Source of the DNA: Macrostomum lignano
Lineage: Eukaryota
Reading direction: 5' to 3'
DNA: 47,885 bases
Assembly: GCA_002269645.1 (NCBI GenBank)
Contig: NIVC01004384.1
Span: 1-47,885, forward strand
Shown: positions 34,410-44,985 of the stretch, in pieces
Position numbering within the stretch: the stretch's first letter is position 1
Layout of the letters: every line of letters starts with the position of its first letter
The notes under the pieces: generated by a model
Told to the model about the DNA's origin: nothing
Database searches by the model: none
Seen by the model: only the letters and a program-made list of their open reading frames with translations
Translations under genes and position numbers: made by a program

Positions 34410-35705
34410 AGTCTCCACACCTTTTCCGTTTAAATCAACAAATCTCGAAATCTATTTCGGCAAACTGACATTCAATTTCATCATTCTATATTTAGCTACT
34501 GTGACGACGTCGTTAGCATCTTAAATTTTTAGTTTCTATGTGAGTTTTTATTACTTAAAATTATTGTAGTTGATTAATTTGCAGGTTCCCCAGCTATTAA
34601 TTTAATGTAATTTATTTAGAAAAAAATGTACTTTAAGTTTTATTTATATAAGTCCAAGTTATTACTACTTTTTTTGATAGATATCTTAGGTTTAAATGAA
34701 TCGGATTTCCCCGCCAATTTAAATGTTGCCTCGCGCTCGTTAATTGTACTTTCCTCTACTCGGCGTTTTGTCTTGTGCCCTGCGTGTCAACACTACTACT
34801 AATTGAACTAGCTAACGAATAAATAATTAAATAAATAATTAATTAAATAATCGCTTACTAAATCTCGAACTCGCTACGTCTACGCCACACTACTTCGATC
34901 AACCGTCATTCCAATTTTGATGGATATTCTATTTCATACCATAGTGACGGTGTTCATTCTGTCTATGGACAAAACTTGCTCCTGCATGCAGATTTCCCAT
35001 TCAATTTCGGTATGCAGCATTCAATTTAAACATGAAGCCGAAGGTACGAGGGCAGATGCACAGGCGGCTTCTTGAGTTGCGCCAGATGGACATAATCCTG
35101 CCCGTTCTCGTGTGCGTCAAGAAGGTGGGCTCTGTCTCCATCAGGCATTCGTCCGTATGGCCCTCGGGGCTCAATCTCATCATCTTCGTCACCGATATCT
35201 TCTTCTTCTGTTTCTTCGAACTTCTCGTCGCACATTTTTCTTCTTATTCGTTATATCTCTTCAAAAATGAAATCAGTGCATGCTCCCGTACATGAAGCTT
35301 CTGTCTTCTGGAAGCGAACTTCAAGGAGAGCACTCAGTTTAAAGAGGGATGCTATAGAGAGGGCCATAGACAGGTACAGTATTGTTGTTTAGTTTGAGAG
35401 GGAGGCTGTTGAAGATTATACAGTACACTAAAAACAGCGCGCCAAAGTGTGCTGAAATTGACTGCTGCATGCCGAAATTGAATGCGAAATCAGGAGAAAG
35501 TTTTGTCCATAGACAGAATGAACTATCTTACTATGGTTTGAAATAGAATATCTAATTGCCAAAATTAAATGTTGCTTGCCGAAATTGAATGGGTCATTGG
35601 CGAACTCGAATGACGGTTGAAGTCGCTAAATGTAGAATAATGAAATCGAATATCAGCTTGCCGAAATAGAATGCGAGTTTTGTTTAAATTGAACGGAAAA
35701 TGCAC
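34410..35705. mobile_element. Non-autonomous DNA transposon relic with long imperfect TIRs and a putative Tc1/IS630-like transposase N-terminal fragment
   Basis: About 35454-35625 is the reverse complement of about 34895-35027, and about 35625-35700 is the reverse complement of about 34420-34500. The left arm is split by an AT-rich insert of about 400 bp. The internal minus-strand ORF 35026-35235 has GDRAHLLDAHENGQDYVHLAQL, resembling the first helix-turn-helix of Tc1/IS630-type transposases. Confidence 0.6.
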
Positions 35706-35825
35706 CGCATGCTATACCGAAAAACGGCCCAAAAGCCCAGAGATTCAAAAATTCCTATGGCATCAAAAACCATCTCCCCATTCACTAAAGCAACTGCCCA
35801 GTATGAAAAAGTCCATCATGTATTT

Positions 35826-36110
35826 CCATGTGATAAGACTGTTGAGAAACTCTTCAGTCAGGAAAGTGAAAGAAAGTCTGTTATACCCTCGTCTGTATTC
35901 TCTGGTAGATCGATGTTTGGATTGATTGTCGAAAACCCTGGGAGTTTCGGCACCCCGTCTACATGTAAGTCAAATAAGTTGTCACTTCCAGGGGCTACTT
36001 CAACCCATTAGTCGCCTCATCTTGGCTCTCATCAGATTCTGAATCCATGCTTTCCGACTCCGTTTCTGACTCAATCTGCTTCGAGTCGTCCCTTGATAAT
36101 GCGTCTTCCG
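35826..36110 (-). pseudogene. piggyBac-like (PGBD4-type) transposase N-terminal fragment, distal part, interrupted by the LINE
   Basis: With two single-base corrections in homopolymers it reads DSEDALSRDDSKQIESETESESMDSESDESQDEATNGVEVAPG...PKLPGFSTINPNIDLPENTDEGITDFLSLFLTEEFLNSLITW. This parallels the acidic N-terminus and FL.D.F...L..W motif of the piggyBac ORF at 42804-43445. Confidence 0.6.
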
Positions 36111-36239
36111 AATCGGGAATCAACTTGACTTACTTGACTTAGCTGCAGGGGGCGTCCGGCGGATGCAGCGAGGAGGCGGAGGAGACCGCCCATTCCGCTA
36201 GCCCCTGGCGACCAAAGACTTCCATCGAAGTGATGTCGC

Positions 36240-39200
36240 TCAGGGGGACCCGTCGGTCTCGCCTGCAGCGCGGTCCTCCTCACCGGCGGTGGGGAAGAGA
36301 TCAGATCGTCCCGTGTCCCTGAGGTACCGGGCGAGCAGCGGGATGCTCTCGGGCCTGCAAACGTCGGAGAGAACCGGGTTTGGCCCGAGGTGAGTGAGCC
36401 TGGCCCTGGTGAAAACCGGGCAGTGGCAGATAAAGTGCTCGGCGTTCTCACTGCCTGAGCGGCAGAAGGGGCACCGCTCCTCGGGTACTTGGCCCTGAAG
36501 GAAACGGTGGCGAGAGAAGCAGCCATGCCCGGAGAGGGCCATGCTAACTGCTCTGAGGTCTCTGCGGTTGAGCCTGAGGAGGGCTCTACGCAGGAGAGGA
36601 GAGGGGCAGGGGACGGCCGCACGGGATTGCCTACAATTCCGGGTGTCGTGCCACCTGCGGAGATGCTCGGAGTCAGTCCAGCGCTTAACGCGGGAGTTGA
36701 TCACCGAGGCGGGGATGGGGGCTCCCGGGCCCGGCCCCAGCAGCGCGCCGGCGGAGCCAGCCTTGGCCAGCAGGTCAGCGCGCTCGTTGCCGAGGAAGCC
36801 GGCGTGGCCCGGGATCCATCTGAGCTCTACCTGGTTGCCTAGCGCAAGCCCGTTGAGCTGGGTGTTGCAGTCCAGGACGGACCTGGAGCTGGCGGTGCTG
36901 CGGCAGAGGGCCCGAAGGGCTGCTTGGTTGTCAGAGTGAAAAATTAATTTCCGACCGCTAAGCTGCCTTCGGCGCAGCTCTGCCGCGCAGGAGCTGATGG
37001 CAAGCACCTCGCTCTGAAAAACACTGGAGTTGGGCCCAGTGTGCTGGGAGTAGCTCCACACCACTTCTCCCTTGAAGAAGACGCAAGCTCCGAAGCCTGA
37101 AAGACCATGCCTCATAGAGCTGTCAGTGTAACAGTGGACTTCAGAATCGCTCCAGCTGTCACTCGCCTCGTGTCGAGGCTGAACAGTGACCTTATACCTT
37201 TGGCTCAGGAGAAGGGTGGCTGGGATCGAGTCCGAGAGGATGTTGAGCCCGCCACACTCCTCGAGAGCCTTGAGGCAGAGGTCAGAGTGCGGGATAAGCG
37301 ACCGCTTCTTAAAGGCCCGCACTTTTTTGAAGGCCACCCCAGCATCCAGAAGACGCCGGGTGCTCTTCGCCGCCTCTCATTTGATATAAATATCCAGAGG
37401 AGGGGTGCAGAGGAAGGCATTCATGCCTTCAAAAGGAGTAGAGGGTGGAGCGCCCATAGTCATGCGGCAGGCTCTGCCCTGGATTTTGTAGAGAGCGTCG
37501 AGGTTGCTCTTGACGCTCAGGCCGCTAGCCCACACGAGGCTGGCGTAACTGATCGAGGGGCGGATGATGGCAGTGTAAATCCACCACAGCTTCCTGGGGG
37601 TGAGCCCCCAGGTGGTGCCCACGGCGCGCCTGATCTGGGCTAGGACAGCCAGGGCTATTTTGGCTTTAGTTTGAATGTGCGGAGTCCAGTTAAGCCTGTG
37701 GTCCAGAGTGAGGCCCAGGCAGCAGACCTGCTTCTCCATGGAAATATTCTTTCCATAGAGGGTGAGGGGCTTAATGGTCCAGAGCAGTTTGTCGGTAAAC
37801 ATGACCGCTGTGGTTTTCGACTCTGAGAGTCTAAGACCACATTGGTTTGCCCAACGCTCCACTCGTCCCAGAAAGGCCTGCAGAAGGTCTCTGATGGTAT
37901 CAACCGAGGGGCCCGCGCATATCGCGGTCACATCATCGGCATAGCCCACCTTGAGAATGGGGTCGTGGAGATCACTGCAAAGCAACTCATCCACGACCAT
38001 GTTCCAGAGAACGGGGGTGAGAACTCCGCCCTGGGGGCCCCCTTTCTGGACAGGCGCGGAAAGAGAGCTGTCGTTCAGGTGGGCCACAACAGTGCGGTTC
38101 CGGATCATAAACATGATCCACCGGACAAGGTGAGGGTGCGTGGCCCTGGATTCCAGGGCTCTGCAAAAGGCCTCGAAGATGACGTTTTCGAAGGCACCCT
38201 CAATGTCCAGGAAAAGCGAGAGGGCAAAGCCGCTGCCAAGAACGGCCCTCTCCAGGAAGTCAACAATGACATGGAGGGCACTCTCGGTAGACCTGCCCGC
38301 GCGGAAGGCGTGCTGGTTCTGCGAGAGTGGGAAGCGCTTCAGCTCGACCGAAAGTAGGCGCCAAAGCACCAGTCTCTCGAGGAGCTTGAGGCAGAAAGAA
38401 GTGAGGCTGATAGGCCTGAAGGCCTTCACCGATTGGTAGTCGCTCTTTCCAGGCTTGGGGATAAAGACCACCCGGGCCTCTCTCCACGCAACTGGTACAT
38501 AGCCCAGCTCCATACAAGCTCGAAGGAGACGACAGAGCAGGTCCAGGAAGCGGTGGTTTTTCACCGCCTCGTGCAAGAACGCTGGGTAGATGCCGTCGGG
38601 CCCAGGCGCCTTGAACGGGTTAAAGGATCTTGCCGCTCTAATAATGCGGTCTTTGGTGATCATAGACTTTGCTAGGCCTTGCCCTGCCACGGTGTGGTCA
38701 GGCGGGCCCTGCTGAGTCGGAGATTTAGGGAAAGAAACTGTTGAGAATTAGCTCTAGAGTCTTTTCCGAGCTCTCTGTGACCGAGCCATCAGTTCTCTTC
38801 ACAACAGAGAGTTTAGAAAAACGGTCATTAGTGAGTGCCTTAACCACGCGGGCTACGGGGCGAGAGCCCTCAAGCCCTTCGCAGTATTGGCGCCACTTGG
38901 TCGTCTTGGCCCTTCTGACTTGGTCCTTAAACTCTTGGATCGCACGGGTATAGGCCTCTCTATCAGATGGGTCTTTGGTTTTGAGCGCTCGCCTTTGGAG
39001 GGTCCTGGCTCGGCGCCGAAGGGCCCCGAGCTCTGGGTTCCACCAGGGAGCAGATTTCTTGCCTTTGTAGGCCTTTAGAGGGCAGGCTGCTTCAAAGGCA
39101 GTGGTGATCGCCCCGCCCAGGGAGGAGGCGAGATCATCCACCACCTGGAAGTCAGAGAGGTCACTGGGGGGAAGGGGGTCAAGATCCCGAAGGCCGCGGC

Positions 39201-39948
39201 TCAGCTTCGAGCCAAAGGCGGCCCAATCGGTGTTCCTGACGTTCCGACTCCAAGTGACCTTGGGCTTTAGCTTGGTCGGCCCAATGCAAAAGCGGACAAA
39301 GCGGTGGTCCGAGAGCGAGTCCTCGTCCCACACTCGCCAGCCCGTGACTGCGGAAAGCAGTCCAGGTGAGGCGATGGTGGTGTCGATGACTTCGGCCCAC
39401 CGCCCATTATTGAACGTTGGTGCATTGCCCACGTTACAGAAATTGAGGTTTGTGCTGCTGACGTAGGCCAGCAGCTCCTGGCCTCTGTTATTGGTGTTCT
39501 TGCTGCCCCAATGCAGGTGGTGTGCGTTCACATCCCCTGCGATGAGCAGCTCGAACCGACGGGACGCGGCGTAGTCAATGAGGTTGACTAGTGCGCCGCA
39601 GACTACTGGGGCATCGCCTGGGAAATAGTCAGATGCTACCAGCACAGGTTTATTTGGAATGAAGTTATTGATTTGAACAACACAGATGTCCCCAGTCGAG
39701 AGATCAGGTCTCATCCATGCCTCTAAAGCTTTTGCAGCAAAGACCAGAGATCTTGGGCGAGGCTGAGTGTCCGCCATGCAAAAACAGTGGTAGCCAGATG
39801 GCACATTATTTGGCTTACCTTTAGTCATCCAGGGCTCCTGCACGAAGACCAGGCCCGGAAGCTGTTGCTCTGTCGTGCGCATCAGGTTGACTGACGCCGC
39901 CACGCAGTGCTGGGTGTTGATCTGCAGACACCAGGTAGCCGCTGGCAT
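36240..39948 (-). pseudogene. Retrotransposon ORF2 (APE endonuclease, reverse transcriptase, RNase H), broken by one +1 frameshift (about 38730) and one in-frame TGA (37377-37379)
   Basis: APE: LQINTQH, FVQEPW, GDVNAHH..WGS, TF....AEVIDTT, SDHRFV. RT: FIPKPGK..Y...KAFRPISL, PQGGVLTPVLWN, GYADD. RNase H: CYTDSS, VFQSEVLAI, FHSDNQAAL, WIPGHAGFLGNERADLLAK. Zinc finger: CPFCRSGSENAEHFICHC. Confidence 0.92.
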
Positions 39949-41245
39949 CAGTGCAGATCGGGCGTTGCAGCCGCCAGGAGTTCCTCCTCCTCCTCGGCGC
40001 TCACCAGCTTCGGGTCGGGGTCGCCGGTGTCCATGGGCTCCTCTTCAGCAAAAGGCCCCCGATTGGTCGGAAGGCAGTAGGCAGCGTTCGCCGCCCTTCG
40101 CCAGCCGGCCACGGGGTCCTCCGCTTCAGACTGGCCCAATGCCCTGGAGCAGCCAGCCGCCTGGGCAGGCGGGTCCGTCTCCAGTCGGCCCTGCCCCAAG
40201 GGGTTGGGCCAAGCTGGGACGTCCCTACCCTCCCTGGACGAGCTGGTGCGCCTAGGCGTCCCGGCGACCTCTCTCCTCAGCTGGGTGATTTTAGCGGTGC
40301 GGACCGCCTCAGCTGCGCGCTGGTACAGGCCGCGCCGCTTGGTGCTGCGCGCCAGGCGTCGGTCTTCTCCGCCCTCAGCAGCGCGTTCGGCTTTACCCGC
40401 GCGGCCGTGCTGCCGGGCGGGGCGGTTTGCTTTGGCAGCCTGAGCAGAAGCTTGCGCCTCGGCCCCGGCCGCCTCCGCATTCCGCCCGCCCCGCTCACTG
40501 CCACGGGGAGGGTCAGCCTTGTAGGAGCGGATGCGCAGCTTCCAAAGGCCGACGTTGATGAAGCTGCCGTGTGGATAGCGCCTCATCCAGGCGTCCGACA
40601 GCCCCAGGATGGCTGTAAAGCCAGTGCCATCGGTGCGCTTAAGGGTGTCATGCACCACTAGGCCCGCGGCGGGAAGCTCTCGGTTGACTGCTAGCAGTCC
40701 TTTCCGGAGCTCGTCAGCAGAGATAACGACGCTCCTGGCCCGAACCCAGATTCGATGCCTCTTGGTCCGGGGCGCTCGTCCTCTCTGCAGAAGGCTAAAT
40801 TGAAGTCCCAGCTCTGCTCGGGCAGCAGCTCAAGGAGCCGCCGACCCGAGTCAGCATCACTGGGCCAAATGAGAAGGCACGAGTCCCTCGTCGCATTCGA
40901 ATGAATGTTCAGAGGCGTGCCCTTCAGAGTTTGCTTCCACAGGAGGCCATCAACGGCACCTCTCACCTGCTTCAGCTGGTCGGGAGACAGGCGCGCGTCC
41001 TTCCCCAGAATGACAACCGCCGGTTGCCTCTTTGCCGCATCAGCGTAGGAGGCCCGAGGGTCGGTGGAGCATTCTTCAGGTGGGCTGTCCACCCTCCCGG
41101 CTGCATCGGCCTCCCTATCCTGGGCAGGGACTTCAGTGGGCTCGAGGCCCTCTTCCCCCACCGCCCCAGATTGGGAAGCTTCCGCTGCCGCGGGCCGTTG
41201 GCCCCTGGCGCCGGTTAGGCTTCCGCCCTCCTTGCCCGCCTCGCC
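39948..41245 (-). CDS. Retrotransposon ORF1 (split in the track by a probable -1 deletion in a C-run at about 40770)
   Basis: ORFs 40691-41161 and 39948-40658 join if one C is restored (EDERPRTKRHRIWVRAR...ELPAAGLVVHD). It aligns with ORF1 of the 23-26 kb element (ILGLS..W.......I.VGL..L.I). Its stop overlaps the ORF2 start as TGATG. The 5' start is uncertain. Confidence 0.7.
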
Positions 41246-42411
41246 TTGTTAAGTCTAAGTTAAGTTAACCGCTCAGAGTTGGCTCCACGGGTCTCGCCGA
41301 GCGTCCCCGATGGTAGCAGGTGGTATGGCCGCGGAGTCCACGTCCCCAGCCGAGGCCGGAGGCACTGTGTCATCCACAGCCGGTTGGGTAATTCGGTTAG
41401 AAGCCATTGGCTGGAAGTAAAAAGGTGGGACTTCCTGTAGAACACAGGCAAAGAGCCGCAAGACCGCAACCCCAAACCAAGCGGCAGGCCCCCAAAAAGC
41501 AAAATACCACCCTGCGGGGGGACCCAAAAGCGCAAGGGGAACCGTTAGTGACCAGACTACTCCCTGGCCAAGCGTCCATCAGCACGGAGTTACACTGGGA
41601 CATCAGAGGGTGCGTTTATATGATCACACCAGGACCCGGCGCCAACGAATCAGCTCGGCAAGGCCCAAGAGCCTGCCTTAACACCCACGGGACGAGTACC
41701 CTTCGAAGTGCGCCTTGCAAGGTGAAAAACAGGAGACAGAGTCTCTTGAGCTATCAGCCCGCCAGGGGAGGCAGGTGTGAGCATCGCTGGCTGGGATAAG
41801 GGCCATACCAGTCTCATACTGCACAGATAGTTCACCACGCCATTGCGTGCAGGACCTGGGTCCTGGGGCAACAGCCCCGGCAATCGGGAATCGAGTTCCA
41901 TGTAGTCTGTGCAAGGCGTCCTTTTTTAGCTTTTCTTTTCTTCACTTCCTTTTCTTTAAAACCACGAGTTTCCCGTTGGCAGAACTGCTGCCGCAGCTCA
42001 TATATACTCGCCTCCCGCAGCTGGGGAGTGAATTTTGTGTCTATGGCTTGCACGATCGCATCCAAGCAGCCCCGTTCTCTCCCGTAACGGCAGTTGAGCT
42101 GCCACAGTAGTATTTCGAAATTATTTAGATTTAGACATAGCAAAAAGTATCTATCACTTATAACAGATAGTCGCTTGTTTGTGTTATGCTTTCATGCATT
42201 AGCATTTCAATGCAGTTAAATGTTCATATGTTCTCTACGTTAACACGTCAGAGTTATATAAAATTGATTTCATTGCAATTTGCGATCAAGACTCACAAAT
42301 CCGACAAATTACTAACAGTGATTGAACTGTCATCTGAGGAAGAGCTGGTTCGCATGCAGAATTTATTGGTTACACGCAATGAAAAACAGCATTGACTCAT
42401 AGAAATTCAAA

Positions 42412-43445
42412 CTAACAGAACATGTAGGTGCACGCAATGACAAAAAAGAGCATTAGCTCATAGAAATAGGATAGGATGTCACGTGACAGTTCAACAACGA
42501 TACGTTCGGAGAGCGACAACTGCGGTGCATCTTGGCCGAATAAGTTGTTGTGGGCCTGCACCGTTGAATGAATAAGAAAGTTCCATAAGTAGCCGCTGCT
42601 TGATTCCGCCAGACAGTATAACTTGATGCCAAGTTTCGCTTTCTTGTTCGGCATGTACTGGCGAAAATGAAGCCTGCCTTTGAAAATTATCAATGACTCG
42701 TCGATCGAAATGTTCTGCTGTGGCATATATTTGTTCTGGCAGATCGCCTGCAACCAACTTCAGAAATGGTCGAATATTGCACAAAGGGTCAGCCTCGTCA
42801 ACCTCAGCACAGTTGTAGCAACGAAACCAAGTCAATATAAGTTGGAATCTGTTTCGCGAAAGGCAGGACTGCGCAGGATAAAAATCCTGGCGATACAGGA
42901 TCCATTGACCAGTATTGGCTGATATCAGGCTTTTGCACCAGACCCATGTCTAGCAGGATGCGAATAAGCTTTTTCATCTCGTTCATATTGCAAGGTTTCC
43001 AGCTACGCAGTTTCCATGGCAACTCTTCGCTACCCTGCTGAACCTGTTGAATCTCCATAGCTGCTCTGCTATTTGTCCAGTCGCACAAGGACTGTACGAA
43101 GCTGTCAGGAAGGAACTGTCCAATGATAGCCGAGATTCCATTCTCGATGTCCCCTGGCACTATGAAGTTTGGATGTAAGCCAGATGTTCCGAAAAATTCG
43201 GGAACTGGGTTTGGCCGAATATCAGTTTCCGTGCTTTTATCATGCCAGTTTTCGTCAGCTTCTGCTTGCTGAGCTTCGACAGGACCTTCAGGACCGCTGG
43301 CCTCGCTATCGTTTGATTCATCATCATTGTCAAGTGCGGTCGCAAATGAGTCATTATCTGAATCACTGTCCAAGATGAAGTTCTGTAGATCTGAGCCGGC
43401 GGCTTGCATTGTCTCATGCGCAGCTGGCCAAGGCGATTTGTACAT
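42412..43445 (-). pseudogene. piggyBac (PGBD4-like, DDE_Tnp_1_7-type) transposase remnant, frameshifted and C-terminally truncated
   Basis: FLPDSFVQSLCDWTN, WKPCNMNEMKKLI.ILL.MGL, YWSMD, SRNRFQLIL, ISIDESLIIFKGRLHFRQYMPNKKAKLGIKLYCL. Only the first catalytic Asp is present. TTAACACG at 42240 may be one terminus. Confidence 0.88.
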
Positions 43446-44437
43446 ATGATCTGCTGTCTCTGTTACTGGTTTAATTGATTCATAGACTGTTTGCTCTAAA
43501 CTAAATTCGATGCTATGTACAAATAGGCAAGGCAGTCACAAACCTGATATCTATGGTAATTACTGCTCTCTTTGAAATTGCATAGATTTCATAATTGAAC
43601 AGAGAAAAGAAAATCAATATTGCAGAGTGTCTGGGTTATTGGCCATAGACTATCTGAATTTGACTCAACAATTTTTTTCTTCAGCAACCTACCATCTGGC
43701 ATCTACTCTGGTAACAGATTCTACTCATACTACTTACTTTTTGGCTCTAAAAACTGTGGGAGGGTAAGGGAGTGAGACGTGCCTCAAGTTTTATTAAATG
43801 CTGCTTGTAAACTATGGCAGCAGAGCTGCTGTGGGAGGTAACGGGTGTGAGCAAAAATAGGCGCGGGAGGCTAGTGGTTTTAAGCTTCACTTTTAGAATA
43901 CATTTGTGGGTAAGAAAGGTTTAAACAGAAACTAGCAGAACTCTGTGGTATAATTTACTTCTGGGCTTTTAGGGCGTGCCCGGCCCTGATTCAGCAAAAA
44001 AGACTAATTGGTCTGTGACCTGCTTTGCAGGCCTTTGGGATTTTAAGCGATCTTTCAAAACCAAGCTTGGGCGCGAAGTAGGCTACCAGGTTCTCAGATC
44101 CTCAATAGCTGGGCCACCATCCCAGATCCTAAGCAACTTGGTTTGGCTCTGCAGTCTGTCTGAGAGTACGGCTGAGAATTGCGAGCTGCCCAGTTCATTG
44201 GCTCTATTGTCCATGGCCGAGTGCACAGTTCTGTTGCGACTTTTCTCGACTTGACTTTTGCAAAACTTAGGTTGAAACATAGGTACCGTGCCTTGCTTAG
44301 TTCATTTGTAATAAAATAGAGTTTAGTTTTTTCTACTTTATGTGTCAATGAGTCTACTCAACTCATAAAAATCATAAAATGTATAAAATCAAACTGCTGT
44401 CATATTTCGGCAAATTAAGGCATCAAGTTGAAGCGGC

Positions 44438-44985
44438 GTGGGATGGACTGGTCCTGCGAACTTGGTGAGAAGTGGGATAGACTGGTCCTGCGAACTTGGT
44501 GAGAAGTGGGATGGACTGGTCCTGCGAACTTGGTGAGAAGTGGGATAGACTGGTCCTGCGAACTTGGTGAGAAGTGGGATAGACTGGTCCTGCGAACTTG
44601 GTGAGAAGTGGGATAGAATGGTCCTGCGAACTTGGTGAGAAGTGGGATAGACTGGTCCTGTGAACTTGGTGAGAAGTGGGATAGACTGGTCCTGCTAACT
44701 TGGTGAGAAGTGGGATAGAATGGTCCTGCGAACTTGGTGAGAAGTGGGATAGAATGGTCCTGTGAACTTGGTGAGAAGTGGGATAGAATGGTCCTGTGAA
44801 CTTGGTGAGAAGTGGGATAGAATGGTCCTGTGAACTTGGTGAGAAGTGGGATAGAATGGTCCTGTGAACTTGGTGAGAAGTGGGATAGACTGGTCCTGCG
44901 AACTTGGTGAGAAGTGGGATAGAATGGTCCTGCGAACTTGGTGAGAAGTGGGATAGAATGGTCCTGTGAACTTAATGAGAAGTGG
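44438..44985. repeat. 34-bp minisatellite, 16 copies
   Basis: Unit GGGAT(A/G)GA(C/A)TGGTCCTG(C/T)GAACTTGGTGAGAAGT, head-to-tail with no spacers. Confidence 0.96.

Larger units (their letters stand above)
36122..41881 (-). mobile_element. Full-length non-LTR retrotransposon (about 5.76 kb; ORF1 plus APE-RT-RNaseH-CCHC; LOA/Lian-like)
   Basis: Flanked by an 11-bp TSD, AATCGGGAATC (36111-36121 and 41882-41892). The 3' tail reads TAAGTCAAG-TAAGTCAAG-TT on the minus strand. Domain order is APE, RT, RNase H, C-terminal CX2CX8HX4C. ORF1 has no visible zinc knuckle. The clade assignment is by inference. Confidence 0.93.

Noticed and set aside
37377-37379. Stop read-through or selenocysteine at the in-frame TGA between RT and RNase H
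   Set aside because: The context (AAA TGA GAG) is not a typical leaky motif and no SECIS is evident. A point mutation such as GGA to TGA in a decaying copy is simpler.
42240-44400. Complete piggyBac element with paired TIRs
   Set aside because: Only one candidate TTAA-CACG end was found; I saw no matching inverted end.
44438-44985. CRISPR array (34-bp repeat unit)
   Set aside because: Units are directly adjacent with no unique spacers, there are no cas genes, and the context is eukaryotic. The same applies to the arrays at 13.3, 14.8, 20.5 and 21.7 kb.
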